From the NCBI GenBank assembly GCA_950097015.1, contig CATNEN010000029.1, forward strand, positions 8,556,001 through 8,620,000: DNA of 64,000 nt, written 5' to 3'. This stretch comes from Macrostomum hystrix (lineage: Eukaryota; Animalia; Platyhelminthes). The notes below the pieces were generated by a model. The model saw only the letters and a list, made by a program, of their open reading frames with translations. It ran no database searches and was not told the origin of the DNA. Below, piece by piece: positions 49,700-61,334 of this stretch (position 1 is the first letter of the stretch; each line of letters starts with the position of its first letter). The position numbers were made by a program, and so were the translations under genes.

Positions 49700-50195
49700 C
49701 AGTGGCGTATCTAGGGGGGGGGGGATACGGGGATATATCCCCCCCATTTCGCCGACCGAAGAGTGTCACCAACCCACGAAAAGTCGAAGACGAACGTTAT
49801 GGCGGAATGTCATAGTCGTAATGTCGTTATTCGGCACAATGATGTTCTGAATTATTCATTTTTTCAGTCAACTTTCCCATCACTTTTCCTCTTCACCCAC
49901 CAGAAATTTTTCCACCGGGGGGCATAGCCCCCCGGACCCCCCTCTTATTTTCCCTTCATCAAATACCCTTTTCTGCGGAGTCATTTTTCAATGAGCGTCA
50001 ATAAGTTCATAATCATTACTCCATATTTTTGCCATAAATGTATAACAAAGTAATTAAAAAGGTTGCGAAATCGTTGTCTGCAAATAGACTACAAAAGCTT
50101 ATTTCAGTTTTTTAGCAGCAGTATGAGACTCATTTCTCTGATAGTTGAAATTGTAAATTTATCCCCCCCATTTTAAAATCCTAGATACGCCGCTG
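49700..50195. mobile_element. hAT-type MITE, 496 bp, 16-bp TIR, 8-bp TSD CCCCATCG
   Basis: CAGTGGCGTATCTAGG ... CCTAGATACGCCGCTG; TSD at 49692-49699 and 50196-50203. Confidence 0.92.
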
Positions 50196-51409
50196 CCCCA
50201 TCGAGTTGTCTTTTTCCTTTAAGTTTACGCAATCGATTCGCTTAAAATAAAACCAAATTTATTCGGCTTCATGCTGTGGTTCCCAATATACCATCTTCTA
50301 AAGTCTGCCTGGCGACGTCGGAATTTTTTATCTATTTAACTGCTTTAAAATTGCTTCAATTATTAAAGGAAGATTAAACTGCTGATTCCTTTGAAATTTG
50401 TGCCAGATTTTTACGCGAGTCCTAGCGTTTCAAAGACACCTCGCATGTCTCAGAGGATGCTTTTTTCCCCGAGTTATTCGCATCTGAATCATGTTTTCCC
50501 ATTTACAATTTCGTGCTTTTTGCTACGGGTATCAATCTGTTTCAGACGCCACGCCCGAGCATTAATCAGGAGCACAACAAAGTTTTTGTTGCTTTCTAAC
50601 GCATAACTCTGCTTTAAAACGACTGCCCTGGTGACGACCGAAGTATTATACTTCCTGAGATATTCACGCCTCAAGTTTGTTTCATAGTAGTCATAGTGCA
50701 GCCCTCTTCAAATGCACAATAAATTTAAGTGATCTCCCTGAACTCATTTACTGCTGTACCTTCACGAAACTTTAGCCCCACTTTTACGCACCCACAAGCT
50801 TTATAATGGCACCTCGAAAAAGCTAAAAGCTGTTGTCGTTTTTCAGGTATTTTACTTCAAAGTGTGTTGTACTTCATTTTTTAAAGAAAGAAATGACGTA
50901 AATGGCGGAGTATGAAGTAAATTTCGAGGTACAATATTTTTTATTGAAGTAAGAAAAGACGTGAATGGCGAAGTATGGAAGTAAATTTCGAGGTACAAAA
51001 CGATGAAAAGCGTATGCTGTCTATTGTATAAATAATAATTTTTTTGAAAAGCGAACGTTCGAGCGGCTTTATACGAGTGTGAATAGTTTTGATAGTCAGA
51101 TAGTTAGTGGTCAGATAGTTCATAGATGGAGGAATTTTTAATTAATTGTCAACCAGCTCAGCGCAGAAGTAGCATGTCACATTGATTTTGCCGTCATGAT
51201 GTCAGCAAGCTGTGTGATACTAGTAAAGACAAGAGGGGCATTCGGTCTGAAAGTTGTGATAAATTTTCATTTAATTAGTTTTTACGAGCTTTTATGCAGT
51301 TCATCTGCTTTCTATGTAGGAACCTACCTAATCTATTTTTCAGCTTCTGCCAGGCGGTTCCTCAAACCCACAAGCCTTGCAGCATGGTTGTTCGGAAGCC
51401 TCAGAAAAA

Positions 51410-51868
51410 TTAATGATGGCCGTTTTGATTAGCCTGCGTGCAGCACCCAGTTTTCTTTCTGAGAAGTCTTTTTAAGTCGGTGCATTTGTTGAGCAACAAA
51501 TTTCTGCCAAACATGCTGGCAAAAACACCACAAGAATGTGAATCTCTTTGCTGGGTGCAAATCCGGGAAATTAGAGAAAAGTGTGCTGCATGTAAGCCAG
51601 AAATTCCAAGATCAGCTAATGCACGTATGATAGCAGCATCAGGCGAAGCCAAAAGAGCACTAAAAATGTTTCGGTGTTATTGGGTTGGACTTAAAAGAAC
51701 AAGATCCGTTTGTGCCCTTACAAAATCTGTAGCCCTAGCGTTACTTTGTGGAACTCACTTTAACCTGCAGACATATTGGTGTGCAGCTTGTCGTCTTACG
51801 TCGGAGTTTCGCAAGGAGTCAAGATAAATGCATTTTCTATCCTTGCAGTCAATCGCCAGGAGCCAAAA
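51410..51868 (-). pseudogene. Ulp1/C48 SUMO-protease-like C-terminal half, with a 99-nt intron (51758-51660), inside the TIR element
   Basis: Spliced reading FWLLAIDCKDRKCIYLDSLRN...QYVCRL-N-ALLASPD...CTQQRDSHSCGVFASMFGRNL matches the Ulp1 motifs (H)W.L..D.....Y.DS and QQ.D..CG.F. GTGAGT..TTTTAG, phase 2, restores the frame. Confidence 0.72.
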
Positions 51869-52874
51869 GACAACTCGATGGGGTGTTTTTGTTAAAAATC
51901 GGGAGCGATTGTTTTGAATATGTGTCTGAATAGCTGTCGGGAAACAGGTACATTATAAAAACATCTGTTATGTTATAGGACGATCTTAAGTGCAGTAACT
52001 TCATAGAAGAAACCGAATATCGAATTTCGCGCGGTCCATTAAAAATAACAACAACAACAACAACAAAGAACTGCTCCCGCCAGCCACGCAGTGGCCAGAG
52101 AGGGGGAGAGCAGTCAGAGAGCGCGTTTCTGGGCCAACGATCTCAAAAAGTCACACCCGCTAGCTTGGTCCGGGGCGCCAGCATCACTCAGAAGCCGTTC
52201 AGGAAATCTCGCCGTTCGCCCTTGGCCTCGCCTGCGCGGTCCCTGCAGCTTGAACAGCAGCACGTCGTGTAGTGGCTCAGGGCAGCGGGCCTCCGACCGG
52301 ATGACGTGGCCAGCCAGTCGAAGTCGCCGCGGAGCGCGGCCCAGGCCAGTCCTCGTATTTAATTATTTAAATAAATTTATTTTATTAAAAATAAACAAAA
52401 CATTTATAGTCGTTTTAAGACACCAGAAAGGTTTTTTGTCAATAGTTGGGTCGACAAACTCTTATTATAGGTGTCTCCCTCTATATATTTAGATCTGCGG
52501 CATGCAACAGATACGAGCTATTGTTTCAATGTTAGGCTCGCATTTCGCCAGCCGCCTGTCGGCCCAATCATTTGCGCCACTTGTTCCTCTTCTTTTATTT
52601 TTCAAAATTATAGGCAGGGGCTCTGGCGCCAACTTTTTGCGCCAACTTTATAAACAAGATCAATAATTCCGTTGATTTTTATGGCTGCGCCACATGTGCT
52701 GGCTGAGAAAATTGCTATTTACTGTTCCTTTTTTCATGTATTTTTTACTATCAATTTTCTATATGTATATATGTATGCAACATTCGACATCAAAAGATCC
52801 TCCAGAAATTCTCAGATGGTAGCTCAGAGCGTGGCATGAGAATATCCATGTCTGTAAGATATTTTTGTCTCTGT

Positions 52875-53978
52875 TTAAACTACGAGTGCACAAACTACTG
52901 CGAGTAGGAGTTTAGCGATTCTCTTTAATGAATCTTCTTTAACTACGCTCGTACACTTTTCATCCTCTGGCTCGGCTCGTTGAACAGGCGCAGACTTCGG
53001 CCGCACCAGCCGGCACTCCTCGGCGCGGGCGTCTTCAGGCTCAGCACCATCGGCTGCAGCAGGCAGCGACGAGCAGCCATCCGCATTTAACGATGGCGAA
53101 GGATCGAAGGCCAGCGAGCGGGAGGCCACCAGGTGGCAGTGACCAGCTGCACGCCGCTGACGGAGGAGGCGTCGCATTCCAACGGTAGTTGGGTGGGTAC
53201 CGTCTGCTTCAGCGGCGGCCAGTAGGTCGAAGCTGCGAGCCGCTCGCCGAATGCGGCGTGCCTTATTGATAAGGCGGAAGCGACTCCAGTAGATACACAG
53301 AGGCGGTACGTGAGCAGAGTGCACACTAGCAAGTTCTTCAGTGTGAAGAACACGTTTGTGTAGCTCGTTGTGTTGTGGCTAAACATCATGTAGAGCCGGA
53401 TGATAAGGTAGAGCAGGTCCTGCAGCAGCATTGACATGACGATGCCCAGCAGTACGTCTGGAGTGAAGACGCAGTAGGATTGGTCGGGATCAGTTGCAGC
53501 CACCGTGGCCGCAGCCTCGACCACAGCAGAAAGCGGCTTCTCGGACTGGTGCTGCTTGCTCAATCGCTGCGCGGTAACCACCAGAACGAACTGCAGCAGT
53601 GACCAATCCAGATGCTGAGAATCAGCTTGATGAGACTGCAGTCCCGCTTCACTGCCTCCTCTTTCAAGGCCTCAAGGAATTCGAAAATGTCTGCGGCCGT
53701 GCCGATGAAGACCAGCAGCTGCTAACGTTAATCGCTCTGCTATCCACACTCGATTATTTTCATCTTGTCCCATTTTCAGCAACTGTGCTGAACTTAAATC
53801 AGTTCAAGGCTCAACAGCAAAGACGTACATTGCCGATCTTTTTCGCTTGGCAGGCCAGATCGTCCAGGTGGTCTTGTAGGTGATGGTGCACTCAATGCGC
53901 CACTCGACTAGCTCTAGCTCCAGGAACCAGGTGGCCGGCACTGTGATCAGCAAGTAAAAAAATGCGGATGGACAAAAC
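52875..53978 (-). CDS. TMEM26: TMEM26-family multipass membrane protein, 3' part (exons ~53978-53829 and ~53721-52875), with three apparent 1-nt frameshifts; 5' exon(s) not found in the window
   Basis: (W)FCPSAFFYLLITVPATWFLEL, QLLVFIGTAADIFEF, IWI(W)SLLQF and QDLLYLIIRLYMM...VFFTLKNLLVCTLLTYRL correspond to TMEM26 [22 protein letters not shown] / LLMFVGTAADILEF / IWTWSMLQF / QDGPFLVVRL...VFFAAKNFLVVVLQLYRL (recalled family motifs). Confidence 0.75.
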
Positions 53979-54562
53979 CTGCAAAGATTCAAGCAGGCTC
54001 TGTATGTCCGCTCTCCATGGGTTCATGCACGTCATGATGATATTTCTAAATGACTGTCAGCTAACGAATAAAAAATTTTGCGTATTCCGCTGATGTACGA
54101 CTAAGAATCTTAAGCAAGATTCTAAAGCCGACTATTGCTCATTCAGACCGTTGCTGTCGAGTAACCAGTGGCTTAGCCAGGATTTTTTTCTAGGGGTGGG
54201 CCACTACCAGAGGGCGCCACTACCAGGGGGACCCCACTACCAGGGGGCGCCACTATACCAGAGGGAGCCACTACCAGCTGGGGGCGCAACTACCAGGTGG
54301 CGCCACTACAAGGGGGTTCCACTACCAGGGGGCTGGCTGTGTCCCCGCGTGTAACTGGCCTCTGGTTTTGTGGTTGCATAATGGGCACATAATCTAATCT
54401 GCTGTTTCAAACAACCATTGTGTTTTGTACATTTAATACGAGGTCATGATTGGCCCTTCCCGAGACTTAACAACCAATGCGACAGTTACATTACGCCTTG
54501 TCAGACTTCACAGCCGCAAACTGGGATAATCTGATAACGAATTTATAGCGGTGAACAACTGA

Positions 54563-57500
54563 TTGCATCCATGAATGGTCATTGCATCCATAAATGGTCA
54601 TGCATCCATGAATGGTCATGCATCCATGAATGGTCATGCATCCATGAATGGTCATGCATCCATGAATGGTCATGCATCCATGAATGGTCATGCATCCATG
54701 AATGGTCATGCATCCATGAATGGTCATGCATCCATGAATGGTCATGCATCCATGAATGGTCATGCATCCATGAATGGTCATTGCATCCATGAATAGTCAT
54801 TGCATCCATGAATAGTCATTGCATCCATGAATAGTAATAGCATAGATTAATGGTCATTGCATCCATGAATAGTTATTGCATCCATGAATGGTCATGCATC
54901 CATGAATAGTCATTGCATCCATGAATGGTCATTGCATCCATGAATGGTCATGCAACCATGAATGGTCATTGCATCCATGAATGGTCATGCAACCATGAAT
55001 GGTCATGCATGCATGAATGGTCATGCATCCATGAATGGTCATGCATCCATGAATAGTCATTGCATCCATGAATGGTCATGCATCATTGAATAGTCATTGC
55101 ATCCATGAATAGTAATAGCATCGACTAATGGTCATTGCATCCATGAATAGTTATTGCATCTATGAATAGTTATTGCATCCATGAATAGTAATAGCATCGA
55201 CTAATGGTCATTGCATCCATGAATAGTTATTGCATCCATGAATGTGTATTGCATCCATGAATAGTTATTGCATCCATGAATAGTCATTGCATCCATGAAT
55301 ATATAGTCATTGCATCCATGAATAGTCATTGCATCCATGAATAGTCATTGCATCCATGAATATATAGTCATTGCATCCATGAATAGTCATTGCATCCATG
55401 AATAGTAATAGCATCGATGATTGATCAATGCATCCATATGAATGGTGATGGTATAATCCATGAATGATCAATGCATCCACGAATGGTGATGGCATCCATG
55501 AATGGTCATGCATCCATGAATGGTCATGCATCCATGAATGGTCATGCATCCATGAATGGTCATGCATCCATGAATGGTCATGCATCCATGAATGGTCATG
55601 CATCCATGAATGGTCATGCATCCATGAATGGTCATGCATCCATGAATGGTCATGCATCCATGAATGGTCATGCATCCATGAATGGTCATGCATCCATGAA
55701 TGGTCATTGCATCCATGAATAGTCATTGCATCCATGAATAGTCATTGCATCCATGAATAGTAATAGCATAGATTAATGGTCATTGCATCCATGAATAGTT
55801 ATTGCATCCATGAATGATCAATGCATCCACTAATGGTGATGGCATCCATGAATGATCAATGCATCCACGAATGGTGATGGTATCCATGAATGATCAATGC
55901 ATCCACGAATGGTGATGGCATCCATGAATGATCAATGCATCCACGAATGGTGATGGCATCCATGAATGATCAATGCATCCACGAATGGTGATGGCATCCA
56001 TGAATGATCAATGCATCCACGAATGGTGATGGCATCCATGAATGATCAATGCATCCACGAATGGTGATTATAACAGGAAAGTTTTGCCTTCCTGTTACCT
56101 TCTGCCACAGCAACAGAGAGATAAACGCTCCACGGGCCAGAGGCCCGTTTCTGTGTGGACTCCGGAGTCACATGAAAAGCGGCAGCGAAGCTCTGCCGAT
56201 CTCGCTTCCAGTGTATTTAAATTCATGCAGCGCGCACAACAGAGGCAGAATGGGGAGAGAGGGAGAAACGCTGGGAGATTGCTAACACAGGGGCAGCTGT
56301 TTCTTTGTCCCACACGCACACGCTCCCCAGCGAACGCTCGCCGAACTTCTTCCTCACATTCCTGGGCCGTATCGATCCACGGACGCCTCGTCGTGTACGC
56401 GAATCATGTGAGCCATGCAAATACTCTGTTCTGAAGCGTATTGGCAAGGCTTACAGTGATGGCATCCATGAATGATCAATGCATCCACGAATGGTGATTG
56501 CATCCATGAATGATCAATGCATCCACGAATGGTGATGGCATCCATGAATGATCAATGCATCCACGAATGGTGATGGCATCCATGAATGATCAATGCATCC
56601 ACGAATGGTGATGGTATCCATGAATGGTCACTGCATCCATGAATGATCAATGCATCCACGAATGGTGATGGTATCCATGAATGGTCATTGCATCCATGAA
56701 TGATCAATGCATCCGCGAATGGTGATGGCATCCATGAATGGTCATTGCATCCATGAATGATCAATGCATCCACGAATGGTGATGGCATCCATGAATGGTC
56801 ATTGCATCCACGAATGGTGATGGTATCCATGAATGATCAATGCATCCACGAATGGTGATGGCATCCATGAATGATCAATGCATCCACGAATGGTCATTGC
56901 ATCCATGAATGATCAATGCATCCACGAATGGTGATGGCATCCATGAATTGTCATTGCATCCACGAATGGTGATGGCATCCATGAATGATCAATGCATCCA
57001 TGAATGGTCATTGCATCCACGAATGGTCATTGCATCCATGAATGATCAATGCATCCATGAATGGTCATTGCATCCACGAATGGTGATGGTATCCATGAAT
57101 GGTCATTGCATCCATGAATGATCAATGCATCCACGAATGGTGATGGCATCCATGAATGATCAATGCATCCACGAATGGTGATGGTATCCATGAATGGTCA
57201 TTGCATCCATGAATGATCAATGCATCCACGAATGGTGATGGCATCCATGAATGATCAATGCATCCACGAATGGTGATGGCATCCATGAATGATCAATGCA
57301 TCCACGAATGGTGATGGTATCCATGAATGGTCATTGCATCCATGAATGATCAATGCATCCACGAATGGTGATGGTATCCACGAATGGTGATGGCATCCAT
57401 GAATGATCAATGCATCCACGAATGGTGATGGTATCCATGAATGGTGATGGCATCCATGAATGATCAATGCATCCACGAATGGTGATGGTATCCATGAATG

Positions 57501-58510
57501 ATCAATGCATCCACAAATGGTGATGGCATCCATGAATGATCAATGCATCCACGAATGGTGATGGTATCCATGAATGGTGATGGCATCCATGAATGATCAA
57601 TGCATCCACGAATGGTGATGGTATCCATGAATGGTGATGGCATCCATGAATGATCAATGCATCCACGAATGGTGATGGTATCCATGAATGATCAATGCAT
57701 CCACGAATGGTGATGGCATCCATGAATGATCAATGCATCCACGAATGGTGATGGCATCCATGAATGATCAATGCATCCACGAATGGTGATGGTATCCATG
57801 AATGGTCATTGCATCCACGAATGGTGATGGCATCCATGAATGGTCATTGCATCCACGAATGGTGATGGCATCCATGAATGATCAATGCATCCACGAATGG
57901 TGATGGTATCCATGAATGGTCATTGCATCCATGAATGATCAATGCATCCACGAATGGTGATGGTATCCATGAATGGTCATTGCATCCATGAATGATCAAT
58001 GCATCCACGAATGGTGATGGTATCCATGAATGGTCATTGCATCCATGAATGATCAATGCATCCACGAATGGTGATGGTATCCATGAATGGTCATTGCATC
58101 CATGAATGATCAATGCATCCACGAATGGTGATGGCATCCATGAATGATCAATGCATCGACGAATGGTGATGGTATCCATGAATGGTCATTGCATCCATGA
58201 ATGATCAATGCATCCACGAATGGTGATGGTATCCATGAATGGTCATTGCATCCATGAATGATCAATGCATCCACGAATGGTGATGGTATCCATGAATGAT
58301 CAATGCATCCATGAATGGTCATTGCATCCATGAATGATCAATGCATCCACGAATGGTGATGGTATCCATGAATGGTCATTGCATCCATGAATGATCAATG
58401 CATCCACGAATGGTGATGGTATCCATGAATGGTCATTGCATCCATGAATGATCAATGCATCCACGAATGGTGATGGTATCCATGAATGGTCATTGCATCC
58501 ATGAATGATC
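54563..58510. repeat. ~4-kb satellite of 18-19-bp monomers (GCATCCA[T/C]GAATG...), with 38- and 57-bp higher-order units
   Basis: Direct periodicity; the 6-aa and 19-aa periodic ORFs reflect the 18- and 57-bp units. Confidence 0.96.
56069..56455. mobile_element. 387-bp insertion in the satellite, probable solo LTR
   Basis: 5-bp TSD GTGAT (56064-56068, 56456-56460); ends TATAAC...CTTACA (TG..CA with one change); TATTTAAA at 56214. Confidence 0.6.
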
Positions 58511-58727
58511 ATTGCATCCCGAATTATCATTCTACGATGATTATTTGTAGTTTTTATGCGTTACAATTCATTGTTTGTTTGCCATTCGGCATTGAACCTA
58601 GACGAATGTTCAATTTATTCGAAAGAAGTAACAAGAACGAACATAGACGAAACCTATGTGATGAATGTGATGAATGCTCAAATGAACACCAACAAAAGTT
58701 AACTTTCAGTCAATGCAGTCATTAAAG

Positions 58728-60481
58728 CTATTCAAAAAAGAAATCAATGATGTTCGAACTGCCGTTCACTTGGATTCGCATTTTTTTCTCTGGTGGGCCT
58801 TGGACCCGATGAAACTCCTCATCTCCACTAATGGATGGCGCAGCCTCAGTACGATCCATACAATCCAAAGACTTCTTCATGGCGGTATGCACGTTCACAG
58901 AGGACTTGTACAAACTGCGATCACGCCTCTTATGCAGATATCGCCGAACGGTCGCCTCCGACTTGTGACCCGTCACAAGCATGATGTCGTGGACAGCATG
59001 CCCTTCGCTTTCCAAGTCGCAAATGCGCGTGACTCTAAAAATGCAATGGTATCTTGTTCAGAAAGGTGAACAAACAATTATGCTTTTACTTTTACTTCGT
59101 AACACAAATATATACTCACCTAATGCATTGGTATAAGGCTTGCTTAGCTTAGCCTTCTCGGTTAGGTTCTTCATGAACTCTTGTAAATAACGCAGACCAC
59201 GGTGTGCCTTATCAGAGAAGATAAACTTCTTCCCAATGGTGCTCTTCATAGGACGAGGTAGAAAGTGGTCGCCGGAATCCGGAATCACCGACTCGTACAG
59301 TTCTAGCAGCTCAAGATCATATATTCTAGCGTGCTTCAAATCGGCGACCTGACCAGCGTCCAGTGTTGCTAATCGATTATTCGATGGTAGCGTCGGCAAA
59401 CAGGCATACTGCCGTCCATCCGAGTCGACACCTCGCACCAGAAAGTTCCGATTGAGAAACGTCTTCATGTGCTCCCGTCCACGCTCTCCAACCTGATACA
59501 TGAGATTGAATAGCAATTTGTAAGCTGAATAACACTAGTCAGGTCATGTAGCTGACAAACGCACAGTTGAGGGCCAGAGCCAAGACTTGCGATCTATTTA
59601 TTATGCACAGACTGGTCGCTGAATGTACATTGATTATTGAAACGATTTGATAGGTTGAGGGCTAAAACATGCACTGACACGCAGGTGCATATGCGGTGAG
59701 TAAACACTGCTAGAGTGAGACAGCGCACGAGAGAAGGGGAGTAAGATAACATACTCCCTTAGATAGAAAGTAAACGAGGTCTAAAGCATAAAAGTGCAAC
59801 CGCAAACCCAACACAATTCATCTTGGAGTCGTTCTCCGTCACTACGATCAAAGTAGTCGCGCAATTTAACCATATCTCCCTCCTCGATTGGATCGTAGCT
59901 TTGAACTGTCTTGCCAGACTTGATAAATTCACGGACCTTGAATTCGAGCATCCTGTTTGAGCCATCAAACACGGTCCCAGTAGCAACCAGATTTGTCTGT
60001 CTCTTCACAATGATATTCAAATATCGCTGGATAGCGGCTCGGATGCAGACTAACGACGATGGTGAATCTCTCACCGCTCTTTGTTTTCAACTGGAAGTAG
60101 AATAATCGAAGAGATACTGATTCAGGGTGTTGTCATTCACTTTCGCCAAATCGGAGTTCAGACCGCGACCCTCCAGAAATTCGACAAACTTGCGCCCATG
60201 ATCCTCCATCTGTTTCCGACTGCTTTGAGTTAGACTTTCCATCTCAGCTTCATCGATGCTGGTAAGTTGTTCACGAATATCAGCAGGCAGATCGGATGAG
60301 TTCGCTTTGTCGCCGATGGAGCTCTCACAAAACAACAAGAACTGGGTCACTATAGCTCATCACGACGGCAGTCATTGCGCGACAGTTCGGCCACGAGATC
60401 CAACTCGGACTGGGACAAAGCATTTAAGCTATCGACAGGAAGATTATAAAAATTTAGAAGATGCACACTTCTAGCATCCAT
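58728..60481 (-). pseudogene. Crypton-type (DUF3504-like) tyrosine recombinase gene with introns, disrupted by at least 4 frameshifts
   Basis: SPSSLVCIRAAIQRYL, DPIEEGDMVKLRDYF..ERLQ, YQVGERGREHM, FMKNLTEKAKLSKPYTN..(CI)R|VTRICDL, IMLVTGHKSEATVRRY (R...HxxR...H...Y tetrad). An 85-nt intron 59119-59035 is GTGAGT..TTTTAG, and a second intron is probable at ~59530-59800. Confidence 0.8.
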
Positions 60482-61334
60482 GTCTAGGCTTCCAGGTTTG
60501 TTAATATTTCTCTCTAGTCTAAGCATGTGCTCTTCTCCCCTGCTTGCCTCAATCAACTTTCGTCCTTAGTACAAAACAGAATATAAAATTTTTCAGTGCG
60601 TTGCAATGCAAGTTTTGTCTATGGTAATCCTCAATGCTAATATCGTCAAATAGGCTAGAGAGGCGTATGAATACACTCTACCATAGACATCAAAGTTTTC
60701 TTCAAGTTTTCTTCACACCCCCTGCTACGAGCGTCTCACTTTTCTATGCCACAGACAGTTCATACGATTTGATCGTCCAATAGCGATACAATGAAAAGAA
60801 ACAGCGGCCCCAGTGCGTGACAACGATTGTTTTGCGAGCGCCGGTAGGCACTGCAGGGGCCGCTGTTCATTTACTCATTGCATCCATGCAAAACGAATTC
60901 CGGTTTATTGCTTCTCTGCAAGCCTACATATACTCTTGCAGAGATGGCTGAATTATTTCGCAATTCGGTTCTATTTTCGCTAGTCGATTACCGCCCTGAA
61001 TCTGCACCTGGCAAAGCAATCAGAGAGGCGGCATTCAGGACCAGCTGGCACAGTTAGGGACCGAAATCAGCTTTTTCCCTCATCTTTAGCTGAGTTTCCG
61101 CAGTTTCACAGAAACACAGCTAGCTGTTTAAACTTAGTCCTTTGAATTGCAATCGCTTTTCAACTCAATTATTTCGCGGCAAAGGCAAACAATTTTACCG
61201 GTAACTGCATGAAAATATTTCTGTATTGAAGAAGTGACTTTTCATTTGCGTCGCCAGCATATGCTAGCTAAGAAAAAAAGAAATAATTTACAGAACCGAT
61301 TGGTTGATGACAATAATTTACAATTTATATGCCA

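Larger units (their letters stand above)
49620..51953. mobile_element. Non-autonomous long-TIR DNA transposon (~91-bp TIRs; Mutator-like by 9-bp TSD, Ginger-like by TGT..ACA ends)
   Basis: 49620-49699 plus 50204-50214 is the inverted complement of ~51865-51953; flanks TATAAAACC (49611-49619) and TATAAAAAC (51954-51962). Confidence 0.82.

Noticed and set aside
52180-52345. GC-rich minus-strand stretch with LHDVLLFKLQ, reminiscent of the trypsin DIALLKL motif
   Set aside because: No His or Ser catalytic motifs nearby and no consistent frame or splice sites; too short to support.
54166-54364. Second hAT-like MITE (CAGTGGCTTAGCCAG start, internal CCACTACCAGGGGG repeats)
   Set aside because: The right end matches only weakly and no 8-bp TSD was found; it is probably a relic but cannot be delimited.
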